Assembly (NCBI GenBank): GCA_963695545.1
Contig: OY968796.1
Coordinates: forward strand, 2,560,001 to 2,624,000
Length of the DNA stretch: 64,000 nucleotides
Origin: Terriglobia bacterium
GTDB lineage: Bacteria; Acidobacteriota; Terriglobia; Acidiferrales; UBA7541
Direction: 5' to 3'
The notes below the pieces were generated by a model that saw only the letters and a list, made by a program, of their open reading frames with translations, was not told where the DNA came from and did not search any database. The position numbers and the translations under genes were made by a program. Below, piece after piece: positions 9,306-18,439 of this stretch (position 1 is its first letter; each line of letters starts with the position of its first letter).

Positions 9306-9383
9306 TATCGTCTCCACGGCGCGCGCGGCTCGATCGCTGCGGCGTTTGCCACTCCAATCCGCCGGGAAATTCATGGTCGCTCG

Positions 9384-10910
9384 ATGAGCACGTCTCGATT
9401 CCGCCGGGTGATCCCGAGCATGATGCGGCGGATCCGTGGCTTGGCGATTCTTTGCGTCGCGATGTTGCTGGTCGCTACCGCGTGGGCGCAGCAGACTCCG
9501 TCTTCGGCTCCTTCTTCTGCGCCGTCATCCGCGCCTACGGTCGCGCCTTCGGCGTCCGCTCCTGCTCCTGACGCGTCTTCCGCCGCGACTCCCAACGGTA
9601 ACGCCGATTTCTTCGCGGCAGCGGATGACGTTCTGGCCGAAATGAGCAAGCTGCTCTCCATGCCGATCCTCCATCCGGTGAAAAAAAGCTTGCGCTCGCG
9701 CGACGAGATTCGCGCTTATCTGCTCGCGCAAGAGAAAAAAGAGAAAGACTCCGCGAAAGACTACGCCGATCAGCGCACGCTGGAAATGTTCGGCCTGCTG
9801 CCCAAGGATTTTCCGCTCGAACAAACTCTCAACGACATTTTGACCGAGCAGATCGCCGGCCTCTACGATCCCGACAGTCAGGAATTTTTTATTTCCGATT
9901 GGACCGAACCCGCCGAACAGCGAATGATCATGGCGCACGAACTGACGCACGCGCTGCAGGATCAGCATTATCACATTGACGCGTGGCGCGACGCCGCCAA
10001 GCCCAACGACGACGCCGAACTCGCGCGCGATTCCGTACTCGAGGGCGCCGCAGTGGCGGCCATGATCGATTACATGTTGCGCGACGAAGGAAAAGGGGTG
10101 CGCGATTTACCCGCGGTCGATCCTTCGCTCATCCTCGGCGACACCGCCAGCAGCCCGCTATTTTCCAAGGCGCCCATGGTGATTCGCGACGAGCTGTTGT
10201 TTCCGTACCTCGCGGGAATGACGTTCACGCAAGCGATCCTGAAAGCCACGAATGGCTGGCCCGATTTCGGCCGCGTGTTTGCGAATCCGCCTCAATCCAC
10301 GCAGCAGATCATGCATCCCGATCTTTATTTGCATGGCGTGACGCGCGCGCCGGTTACGCTGCCGGATTTTTCGACTTTGCTGCCCGCCGAGTGGAAGCAG
10401 TTGGACGCAAACCTGATGGGCGAATTCGGCTTGCAGGAAGTTTTGAAACAATTCCTGACCGAATCGCAGGCTCTGAGCATGGCGCCGGCGTGGGCCGGAG
10501 ATCGTTACGCAATTCTTGAGAATCAGCAAACCAAACAGGATTTGCTGATTTTCCGGCTGCGCCTGACCAGCGAGGCAGACGCCGGGCGGTTTTTCGATCT
10601 CTATAGCGACGTGCTGGAATCGAAAGATAAAACGCGCACGAATTTGCTTCGCCGCCCGAATTTCTTCTCGTTCGATACGCCCGCGGGCGGCGTCTTCCTG
10701 CGCTGCGTGGGTGACGAGTGCCTGGCCGCCGAAGGCACCAAACGGGACATTTTCGATCGCATCACGCACGCGATGGGCTGGCCCGCCACGACCGCGCCGA
10801 GCGAACGTGCGTGGCCTACCGATTCCGCGCCGGCCAACATCACGATGCTTTCTCCATCCGCGCTTCCCAATGCATCGAAAAGCTTCGCCGCAACTGCTTC
10901 GCCTCCCTAG
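9384..10910 (+). CDS. Exported putative zinc metallopeptidase (HExxH)
   Basis: Signal peptide, Ser/Ala/Pro linker, GLYDP, AHELTHALQDQH, downstream EGAA and FPY motifs. Confidence 0.8.
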   Translation: MSTSRFRRVIPSMMRRIRGLAILCVAMLLVATAWAQQTPSSAPSSAPSSAPTVAPSASAPAPDASSAATPNGNADFFAAADDVLAEMSKLLSMPILHPVKKSLRSRDEIRAYLLAQEKKEKDSAKDYADQRTLEMFGLLPKDFPLEQTLNDILTEQIAGLYDPDSQEFFISDWTEPAEQRMIMAHELTHALQDQHYHIDAWRDAAKPNDDAELARDSVLEGAAVAAMIDYMLRDEGKGVRDLPAVDPSLILGDTASSPLFSKAPMVIRDELLFPYLAGMTFTQAILKATNGWPDFGRVFANPPQSTQQIMHPDLYLHGVTRAPVTLPDFSTLLPAEWKQLDANLMGEFGLQEVLKQFLTESQALSMAPAWAGDRYAILENQQTKQDLLIFRLRLTSEADAGRFFDLYSDVLESKDKTRTNLLRRPNFFSFDTPAGGVFLRCVGDECLAAEGTKRDIFDRITHAMGWPATTAPSERAWPTDSAPANITMLSPSALPNASKSFAATASPP

Positions 10911-10941
10911 CGTCCGACTGTCACGTTGCCGCCGCGCGGCC

Positions 10942-12270
10942 TCACGCATCAAGTTCGAGGCGCGCTCCTTTTCGCGCCAATCTTTGCTGCCGATGCCCGA
11001 GGCGTGATTCAAGGCGGCGCGCGCGTGCCGGCTCGAGCCTGGTTGCGGCGCGCAATTGGCGCAGCGCAGTTTCGGTCCATTCGGCCGCGCGTTCCGGTTG
11101 ACGCGCGCGGTGCTCGAAATGAATCGCCAGTTGTTCGCAGGCTTCGATCGCGGATTCGGCGGCGCTCGCGCCGCGCGCGACGGCCAATTGCTCCCAAATC
11201 GCGGCTGCACGGGTGTAATCGCGCTGGCGCTTGGCCATGTGCGCGAGTTCGCGCTGCGCCATGCGCTCTACGCCCGCGGGCAATCCCGTGTCGATGGCCA
11301 TTTCACACGCGGGTTGCGCACGCGCGTCGCGGCGGCGGCCGAGCAAGCGCGACATGCCGTAAAGATCGAGCGCGCGCTCGGGCGAACGATCTCGCGGCGA
11401 TTCGGGATCGCCACCGAGCAGCGCGCAGATTCTGCCGGAGAGCGCGGCGAGGGCGCGCAAATCCATTTCGTTGTGCCGAAAAACCGTCGCGAGAGGAGCC
11501 GACCCCGCACCGCTCAAATGATCGAAATAAAGCTGGGGAATCAGCGCGGAATCGAGATCGTCGCGGCGCGTCCAAGCAAGTGGACCGGCTTCGGAAAGCA
11601 CGTGGCGCTCGAGGTCGGTGAGGCGCACCGACGGCAAGCGCATGCGCCAAAGTTGGCGCGCGGGATGCAGTAGATCGAGATGCGCCGCGGGAACGGGCGC
11701 GCGGATCGAGCGCGTCATGCGGTAACGCGTTTCAAGAAGCGGCCAATCGAAACTTTTGCCGTTGAAAGTTACGAGCACGGGGCGCTCGGCCATGCGCGCG
11801 GAAAGTTCAAGCAGCACGGAATGTTCTTCGGTGTGATCGCGCATGAAGAATTGCTCGACCTCGAGGCCTCCGGCGTCCCACCACGCGATGCCGACGAGAA
11901 ACGCGTAGGTGCCCGTGCCGCCGGCGAGGCCCGTTGTTTCGGTGTCGAGAAAAAGCCACTGCGCCGGATCTTCGGCCGCACGCGCGCGATCATCCGAGCC
12001 GAGCCCAGCCGGCAGCAAGAGTGACAACGCGCGCGCCGCAGGCGAACATTGCTCGGGGCTCGCGTGCCATCGCCGGACGGTCAGATGTTCGCCGTGGCGA
12101 TTGCTCGCGACTTTGGCGCCAAGCAACTCGGCGAGAGCGGCCCATTCGGCCGTTATATCGCGACGGGAATGAGGGCGCTCGCGTTCATCCTCGAGCGCGC
12201 TTCCGCGCGTGCGGCGCGCGGGCCGCAGCGCGGCCAACTGCGCCAATCTCTCGTTGAACGAATCGCTCAA
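10942..12270 (-). CDS. RNase_H_2-family exonuclease with TPR-like C-terminus (YprB/MrfB-like)
   Basis: FLDTETTGLAGGTG, TFNGKSFD, HLDLLH and HNEMD motifs; coupled to the helicase. Confidence 0.9.
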   Translation of the reverse strand: MSDSFNERLAQLAALRPARRTRGSALEDERERPHSRRDITAEWAALAELLGAKVASNRHGEHLTVRRWHASPEQCSPAARALSLLLPAGLGSDDRARAAEDPAQWLFLDTETTGLAGGTGTYAFLVGIAWWDAGGLEVEQFFMRDHTEEHSVLLELSARMAERPVLVTFNGKSFDWPLLETRYRMTRSIRAPVPAAHLDLLHPARQLWRMRLPSVRLTDLERHVLSEAGPLAWTRRDDLDSALIPQLYFDHLSGAGSAPLATVFRHNEMDLRALAALSGRICALLGGDPESPRDRSPERALDLYGMSRLLGRRRDARAQPACEMAIDTGLPAGVERMAQRELAHMAKRQRDYTRAAAIWEQLAVARGASAAESAIEACEQLAIHFEHRARQPERAAEWTETALRQLRAATRLEPARARRLESRLGHRQQRLARKGARLELDA

Positions 12271-14756
12271 GCGTGCGACCTCGCAACAGCGTCGCTTGCT
12301 GCGGCGCCGAGGCGGCTCAGAATCGCCAGCGCGGCTTCTTTGGCTTTTTCGCCGCGCTCACCGGCGGGGCCGACGCAGGATGGGCAGCCGGCTTCGCACT
12401 CGCAGCTTTCGATCAGCGCGCGGGTTCGCGCTAGCAGTAAATCGCAGGCGCGAAACAACGGCTCGGAGAAGCCGATGCCGCCGGGATAGGCGTCGTAGAG
12501 AAATAGATTGGGCTCGAAAAATTCCGTGTCTGCCATCGCGCTGGGCGCGAGATCGCTTAACACATCGGCCGCAGCCGCTGATGCGCGTGTGGCGAACTCG
12601 TCCGACACGTCTTCGTCCGCACCAGGCTCTCGATCGTGGCCGGGCGGCGGAGACTTTTCACCGATGGCCGTGCCGAGATCGCGCCGATCGCACATCAGCA
12701 ACAGCGTGGCGACCGATTCGAGCGCATAGAGCAGGCCGAGCATTCCGCTTTGCCGCTCGCGGATGGGGAAGGGAAGCGAATCCACCAGCGCGCGCTCGAG
12801 CGTGAGCCAGAACGCGGTGGTGTGCATTTCGTTTTCGGGCAATTCGAGTTTTCCTGCGCCGACATTTTCGTTGGTGAAGAATTTGATTTTCTTGAAGCCC
12901 ACCACTTGCGAGCGTACTTGCACATCGCCGTGGGAACGCGTGGCGTCAAGGTCGGCGCCGGAACTGGGATCGGTCATGCGCGCTTCGGCGGCCGATTCGA
13001 GCACGCGCACTTGCGTATAGCGAATCGCATCGGTGTAGTAATCGGCGTCCACGCGGCGGACGTAGGCTTTGCGCTCGTCGAAATCGAGGCGATCGACGTG
13101 ATACTGCTGGCCTTGATGCAGATAGATGGCTTTGGGATGAACGGTGGCGAGCGCGCTCGGAAAATCCACTTCGCCGATCACTTCGGTTTCGCCGGTGGTA
13201 TCCACGATCACAAAATTGTCCGAGCTGACGGAACGCAGGCTGACGGTGTCGGCTGGATACGCGTCGCTTGACCAATGCCAGTGCTCGCCGGAGCGATGAA
13301 GGAAGCCGGCCTGCTCGAGCCGATCGCAGAGAGCGGCGAGATCGACGCCGCCGAAATGTTCGTCAGGCGAGAGCGGCAACTCAAACGCCGCGCATTTCAA
13401 ATGATTCACCAATATTTCCAAATTGTCGGGTTGAACGTAAGCGTGCTCCGGCGGACGGCCGAAGAAATAATCAGGATGCTTCACGATGAATTGGTCGAGC
13501 GGCGCCGACGAGGCGACGAGTACGGCGCACGAACTTCCTTTCCGCCGGCCCGCGCGCCCGGCGCGCTGCCAGGTGGAGGCGATGGTGCCGGCGTAGCCCG
13601 CCATCACCGCGGCGTCAAGCGAGCCGACGTCAATGCCCAACTCGAGCGCGCTGGTAGAGACCACGCCGCGAATGCGGCCATCGCGCAGGCCGCGTTCGAT
13701 CTCGCGCCGTTCGCCGGGCAAATAGCCGCCGCGGTAACCGCGAATCGGTTCGGCCTGGGCCACGCCAGCGGGATTGGCGTGCTTCAAATACGTGAGCAAA
13801 ATTTCCGTGTGCAGGCGGCTATTCGCGAAGACGATGGTCTGCAAGCCGCGCTTCAGAAATTCCTGGGCCACGCGCGAAGATTCGTTGATGTAACTGCGGC
13901 GAATTCCGAGATGGCGATTGATCACCGGCGGATTGTAGAACACGAAAGTTTTTGCGGCGGCCGGCGCGCCATTTTCTTCGATGCCCTCAAACGGCGATTC
14001 CGTGAGGCGCGCGGCCAAATCCACCGGATTCGCGATGGTGGCCGACGAGGCGATGAATTGCAGTTCCGAGCCGTAGAAGCGCGCGATGCGCTTCAGGCGG
14101 CGCAGCACGTTAGCCAAATGACTGCCGAAAACGCCGCGGTAGGTGTGCAGTTCGTCGAGCACAACGTAGCGCAAATTCTCAAACAGGCGCGTCCACTTGG
14201 TGTGGTGCGGCAGGATGCCGGTATGCAGCATGTCGGGATTCGAGAGCACGATGTGGCCGCGCTCGCGAATCGCGCGGCGCGCGTCGGAGGGCGTGTCGCC
14301 ATCGTAGGTGAAAACGCCGAAGCGGTCTTCAAGACGCGCGGCGAGATCGTGCAGCTCGGCGAGTTGATCTTGCGCGAGGGCTTTGGTGGGAAAAAGATAG
14401 AGCGCGCGCGTGTCTGGATTCTCGAGGACCGCATTGAGCACCGGCAAGTTGTAGCAGATGGTTTTGCCGGAGGCTGTGGGCGTGACGACGACGACATTTT
14501 TTCCGTTGTGCACGGCCTCGGCGGCCGCGGCCTGATGCGAATAAAGCTGGGCGATGCCTTTCGCGGCATACGCGGCGACCAATTCCTTGCGCACCCATTG
14601 CGGCATGGGCGCGAATCGCGCCTCGCGCGCAGGGATTTGGCGCACGGCGGTGAGGACTTCGCCGGAGCGATCGCGCTCGGCCAGCGACGCGACAATTTCT
14701 TCTACGGTCGCCAGCGAATCCGTTTTTGCGGCGCGCACGGCGAGCGAATTACGCAC
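12267..14756 (-). CDS. DEAD/DEAH helicase with DUF1998 domain (YprA/MrfA/SftH/Hrq1-like)
   Basis: TPTASGKT, DELH, SAT, QRAGRAGR and C-terminal CECEAGCPSC; GTG start at 14756 with AGGAGG RBS. Confidence 0.93.
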   Translation of the reverse strand: MRNSLAVRAAKTDSLATVEEIVASLAERDRSGEVLTAVRQIPAREARFAPMPQWVRKELVAAYAAKGIAQLYSHQAAAAEAVHNGKNVVVVTPTASGKTICYNLPVLNAVLENPDTRALYLFPTKALAQDQLAELHDLAARLEDRFGVFTYDGDTPSDARRAIRERGHIVLSNPDMLHTGILPHHTKWTRLFENLRYVVLDELHTYRGVFGSHLANVLRRLKRIARFYGSELQFIASSATIANPVDLAARLTESPFEGIEENGAPAAAKTFVFYNPPVINRHLGIRRSYINESSRVAQEFLKRGLQTIVFANSRLHTEILLTYLKHANPAGVAQAEPIRGYRGGYLPGERREIERGLRDGRIRGVVSTSALELGIDVGSLDAAVMAGYAGTIASTWQRAGRAGRRKGSSCAVLVASSAPLDQFIVKHPDYFFGRPPEHAYVQPDNLEILVNHLKCAAFELPLSPDEHFGGVDLAALCDRLEQAGFLHRSGEHWHWSSDAYPADTVSLRSVSSDNFVIVDTTGETEVIGEVDFPSALATVHPKAIYLHQGQQYHVDRLDFDERKAYVRRVDADYYTDAIRYTQVRVLESAAEARMTDPSSGADLDATRSHGDVQVRSQVVGFKKIKFFTNENVGAGKLELPENEMHTTAFWLTLERALVDSLPFPIRERQSGMLGLLYALESVATLLLMCDRRDLGTAIGEKSPPPGHDREPGADEDVSDEFATRASAAAADVLSDLAPSAMADTEFFEPNLFLYDAYPGGIGFSEPLFRACDLLLARTRALIESCECEAGCPSCVGPAGERGEKAKEAALAILSRLGAAASDAVARSHA

Positions 14757-14774
14757 AAAGCCTCCTGAGAAATG

Positions 14775-14789
14775 CTTCGCCCTTTGTTC
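14775..14789. promoter_or_regulatory. Putative LexA (SOS) box
   Basis: CTTC-N7-GTTC, one mismatch to GTTC-N7-GTTC, just upstream of the RBS of the repair operon. Confidence 0.6.
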
Positions 14790-14854
14790 GCCAACGGTAC
14801 CACGATGAAAACGCGCGAGCAAGTGCCATGGAATGCTGAGCTGTTGGGGGGGAG

Positions 14855-15120
14855 GGGGTACACCCCCGGTACTCAGTTTGTAATTCGATGTGGGCAAAGG
14901 ACTTACAGGAAAAGTGTGCACGAGCAGTTCGGAATCGAGTGAAAATAAATGGATTGCGCAGAAAAAGGGAGCGGGGTGGTCTGAGAACAGACCAGCGCCA
15001 TTCGACGGGCAGTCCCGGGAAAAGCCGTGATGAGAACAATTCGAATTCTTTTTTGGAGTACACGAAGGAGGGTAGCATATTTATATATTACTGTCAATTA
15101 CTATTTGAGTATTCGAATGA
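14855..15120 (-). repeat. Dispersed AT-rich non-coding element, copy 1
   Basis: TACACCCCCGGTA at 14859-14871, minus-strand TTGACA-17-TACCCT promoter and ATTCGAAT palindromes; same layout as 43058-43395. Confidence 0.65.
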
Positions 15121-15324
15121 ATATCCACAGGGCAGCTGCTAACTGGCTGAGGAGGAGGGGGATACGCGGGCGCGACGTGCATTCGGTTACGGAATTAGCC
15201 CGCGCGCCAAAGTCGTTGTTTCCGAGGCGGGAGATGCGTAGGATGCCCGTACGAGATTCGCAGATCGCAATTCCCGGTCCTATGAAATTGCCGGTATCCG
15301 CAGTTTGATCGATGGAGGAAGACC

Positions 15325-16614
15325 GTGACAACGTGGCTTAAACGCGTAACGTTCGCGATCTCATTATTGGTGGCGGCGACGCCCGCATTCGCGAGTCTTG
15401 CAGACATCGACACATCAAAGCTCCCGCAAACAGCGGCAGTCAAGCAAGCCTACAGTGACGCGCTGGCGATTGAGCCGATGGTGGAGCAGTGGAGCTCCAA
15501 TTGGAGCTACCCGACGCCGAAGCAAGACGTAGTGTCGCACCTGAACGCGGATCTGAGCGCGCTCGAAACCGCCGCCCAATCGGCGCCCGACAACGAGGAA
15601 ATTTTGCTGCTGACGGGGACCGTGGCGCACTACGCGTACAACGTGGACGTGGCGTCCGCCTCGCAGGTGGCGATCGACTCTTTCGAGAAAGCCGAGAAGC
15701 TCGCTCCCAACGACTATCGGCCCGGATGGTTTCTCGGGACTCATCAATGCCAATCCGCAGACGTCGTGGGTGGGATGAACGTGTTCCTGGATGTCGAACA
15801 GAAATTTCCGCAGAAGAGTCTGCCGGTGGATTTTTGGGATGACTATGTGTTTTGCACGGGCGTCTCGAACATGCCCGCGCATGCGCTGCGCGCGGCCGCA
15901 TACCTGAAAAGCGTGAACGCGCCGGATTCGCCGACGGTCGATACCGTGGTCACAGCGGCTCAGTCACGCATCCAGCCGCTCGATCTTTCCTCGACGATAC
16001 CGGCCGCAAATATTTGGCAGAGCGACCCTGCGGGTACGAATGCGGTGCTCACAAATTTCGCGTTCGGTTTTGCTTTTACGATTCCCGGAACCTGGCAGAT
16101 GAAACTTTCAGACGTGGCGCAAGGGACGACCATCGCGCAAATCGGAACCGGTCCGTATCAGGCGACCACCAGCCAGCTTTACCCGACGATCCTGATTGTT
16201 TCGCGGCAGGCGAAGAGCGGAGAAGCGCTCAGCGATTTTGCAAATCAATTCTTGCACGCGAGCCCCTTCAAATCGGTCAGCGCCGCAAATTGCCCGTTCA
16301 AAGGCTGCTTGGTTTTTGAAGCCGTGTCGCCGGGGACATACGGCGCAAATGGAGACGGAGACGCTTTTGCGGAGGTCTTCGAGGGCGATGCGCCGGAATT
16401 CACGGGGCTGCTTCTGGAAAGACCGGAAGGTCCGCCGACATCGACCGCGGGTGGCAGTCAGCCGACATTCTATCGGCCTCCCACGCGGTTAGCTCGTGCA
16501 AGCGGAACGCTCTATTACCTCGTGATGCTTGACACCGCGGGTTCGATACTCCCTCAAGCGCAAGCGGATTACGCGGCGTTTCTAAAAAGTTTGCAGGTGG
16601 AAGGAGCAAACTAG
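15325..16614 (+). CDS. Exported hypothetical protein with TPR-like N-terminal region
   Basis: Signal peptide ending AFA-S, TPR-like helices (AIDSFEKAEKLAPND), GGAGG RBS. Confidence 0.8.
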   Translation: MTTWLKRVTFAISLLVAATPAFASLADIDTSKLPQTAAVKQAYSDALAIEPMVEQWSSNWSYPTPKQDVVSHLNADLSALETAAQSAPDNEEILLLTGTVAHYAYNVDVASASQVAIDSFEKAEKLAPNDYRPGWFLGTHQCQSADVVGGMNVFLDVEQKFPQKSLPVDFWDDYVFCTGVSNMPAHALRAAAYLKSVNAPDSPTVDTVVTAAQSRIQPLDLSSTIPAANIWQSDPAGTNAVLTNFAFGFAFTIPGTWQMKLSDVAQGTTIAQIGTGPYQATTSQLYPTILIVSRQAKSGEALSDFANQFLHASPFKSVSAANCPFKGCLVFEAVSPGTYGANGDGDAFAEVFEGDAPEFTGLLLERPEGPPTSTAGGSQPTFYRPPTRLARASGTLYYLVMLDTAGSILPQAQADYAAFLKSLQVEGAN

Positions 16615-16662
16615 AGGCGCTGCCGCGATCCGAGCCTATCGGCGCCTTCGGGCCGCGGAAAA

Positions 16663-17334
16663 TTAAACATGCGATTCGGCGGTTTCGAGTTTTTCGGGTT
16701 GCGCGACGGCGCGGCCGGGAGCGCGCTTGCTGCGATTGATGATCCACACGACGAGACGATAGGCGAGCAGCAGGCCGACCAGCGTGCCGTAGAAAATCGG
16801 CTTGCGCTCGTCGGACTTCACAAGCCAGGCGTAGTGAATCACGCCGAGAATTGCGATCACGTAGATCAACCGATGCAGCTTTTGCCAGCGCTTGCCGCCG
16901 AGGCGCCTGATCCAGCCGGCAGTGGACGTGACGGCGAGCGGAATCATCAGCACGAAGGCGGAAAATCCGACGGTGATGAAGCGGCGCTTCAAAACGTCGG
17001 CCCACATTTCCGACCAGTTGAAATAATGGTCAAGCACAACCCAGGTGGAAAAATGCAGGAAGACGTAGAAGAACGCGTAGAGGCCGACCATGCGCCGGAA
17101 GCGAATCAGGTTCGGCAGATGCAGAATCTTGCGCAGCGGCGTGATGGCCAGTGTGATGATCACGAAGCGGATGGTCCAATCGCCGGTGCGATGGGTGATG
17201 AACGCGACTGGATCAGCCTGGGCCGTGGGATCGTGCGTGACGTTCCAGACGATAAAGCCGACGGGCGCGAGACACAGCAGAAAGACGAAGACCTTGGTCC
17301 ATTTGCTGGTGAGAATGGAATTCAAGAAGCTCAC
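16663..17334 (-). CDS. msrQ: Protein-methionine-sulfoxide reductase heme-binding subunit
   Basis: LAITPLR, RRMVGLYAFFY, WQKLHRLIY motifs; follows msrP. Confidence 0.93.
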   Translation of the reverse strand: MSFLNSILTSKWTKVFVFLLCLAPVGFIVWNVTHDPTAQADPVAFITHRTGDWTIRFVIITLAITPLRKILHLPNLIRFRRMVGLYAFFYVFLHFSTWVVLDHYFNWSEMWADVLKRRFITVGFSAFVLMIPLAVTSTAGWIRRLGGKRWQKLHRLIYVIAILGVIHYAWLVKSDERKPIFYGTLVGLLLAYRLVVWIINRSKRAPGRAVAQPEKLETAESHV

Positions 17335-17352
17335 GCCGGAGAACTCCTTCGC

Positions 17353-18327
17353 TTAGAAATTCGCTCGTAGGTCCATGCCGTTATACATGCTGGCCACCTG
17401 ATCGCCGTAGCCATTGAACATCTGCGTGGGAATTCGCGGAGCGAAAAAGCTGCCGCCCAAGCGGCGTTCGGTTTTCTGGCTCCATCGCGGATGATCCACG
17501 TTGGGATTCACATTGGAATAGAAGCCGTACTCGTGCGCGTTCTCGAGATTCCAGCTGGTGGGCGGCTGGTCCTTGACGAACGAAATTTTCACCACCGACT
17601 TGGCGCTCTTGAAACCGTATTTCCACGGCAACACGATGCGCACGGGCGCGCCATCCTGATTGGGCAGAGTTTCGCCGTACATTCCGAAGGTGAGAAGCGC
17701 GAGCGGATTCATGGCCTCGTCGAGGCGCAGGCCTTCGAGATACGGCAGTTGAATTCCGGCATACGGGCCGCGCGGCATTTGTTTCTGATCGTAATAGCTT
17801 TGGAACGCCACCCACTTTGCTTTGGGCGTCGGCTGGACCAGCTTGGCAATGTTGTTCAGCGGATAGCCGATCCAGGGCACGACGATCGACCAGCCTTCGA
17901 CGCAGCGGTGGCGATAAATGCGCTCTTCGAGCGGCGCGGCTTTCATCAGATCGTCGAGCGTGAACGTACGCGGCTTGGCGACTTCGCCATCGACGCGGAC
18001 GCTCCAGCCCGAGGTGTTGAAATTCTGGGCGTTGTTCGAGGGATCGCTTTTGTCCGTGCCAAATTCGTAGAAGTTGTTGTAGGTGGTGACGATTTTTTCC
18101 GGTGTCTGCGCTTCCGTGGTGCTGTAGGGCCACTTGGTGAAGCCGCTGATCGGCTTGGTGCTGGCGGCCTCGACGCTCGCTGGCGCCGCGAGAGCTTCGA
18201 TGCCTTTCCACGTGGCGGCCGCGCCGGTGGCGGCGAGCATTCCGGCCAGGAATTTTCGCCGCGCCATGTAGACGTTCTTGGGTGTCACATCGGCATGAGT
18301 CAATTCCTGCTCGGGCTTAGTCGGCAT
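17353..18327 (-). CDS. msrP: Protein-methionine-sulfoxide reductase catalytic subunit
   Basis: Tat motif RRKFL, YNNFYEFG, HRCVEGWS, PWKYGFKS and HPRWSQ motifs; start placed at MPTK. Confidence 0.95.
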   Translation of the reverse strand: MPTKPEQELTHADVTPKNVYMARRKFLAGMLAATGAAATWKGIEALAAPASVEAASTKPISGFTKWPYSTTEAQTPEKIVTTYNNFYEFGTDKSDPSNNAQNFNTSGWSVRVDGEVAKPRTFTLDDLMKAAPLEERIYRHRCVEGWSIVVPWIGYPLNNIAKLVQPTPKAKWVAFQSYYDQKQMPRGPYAGIQLPYLEGLRLDEAMNPLALLTFGMYGETLPNQDGAPVRIVLPWKYGFKSAKSVVKISFVKDQPPTSWNLENAHEYGFYSNVNPNVDHPRWSQKTERRLGGSFFAPRIPTQMFNGYGDQVASMYNGMDLRANF

Positions 18328-18439
18328 GTGGGTTCCCCCAGGCGCGGGTGTCCGCTCGGATAGGCTGCGAACCGCTCCACTCGATGATACGCGGACTCGC
18401 GCGAATCGGATGAGCAAAATCTAACTGACGCGGGCGGTT

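Noticed and set aside
10942..14756. DISARM/Druantia-type defence system suggested by the DUF1998 helicase
   Set aside because: No methylase, DrmA or PLD partners; the RNase_H_2 partner and SOS-like box fit MrfAB-type repair
13275..14768. Long antisense ORFs here and at 18995-20455, 50348-51655 and 53688-55346
   Set aside because: Mirror frames of well-supported genes, expected in high-GC DNA
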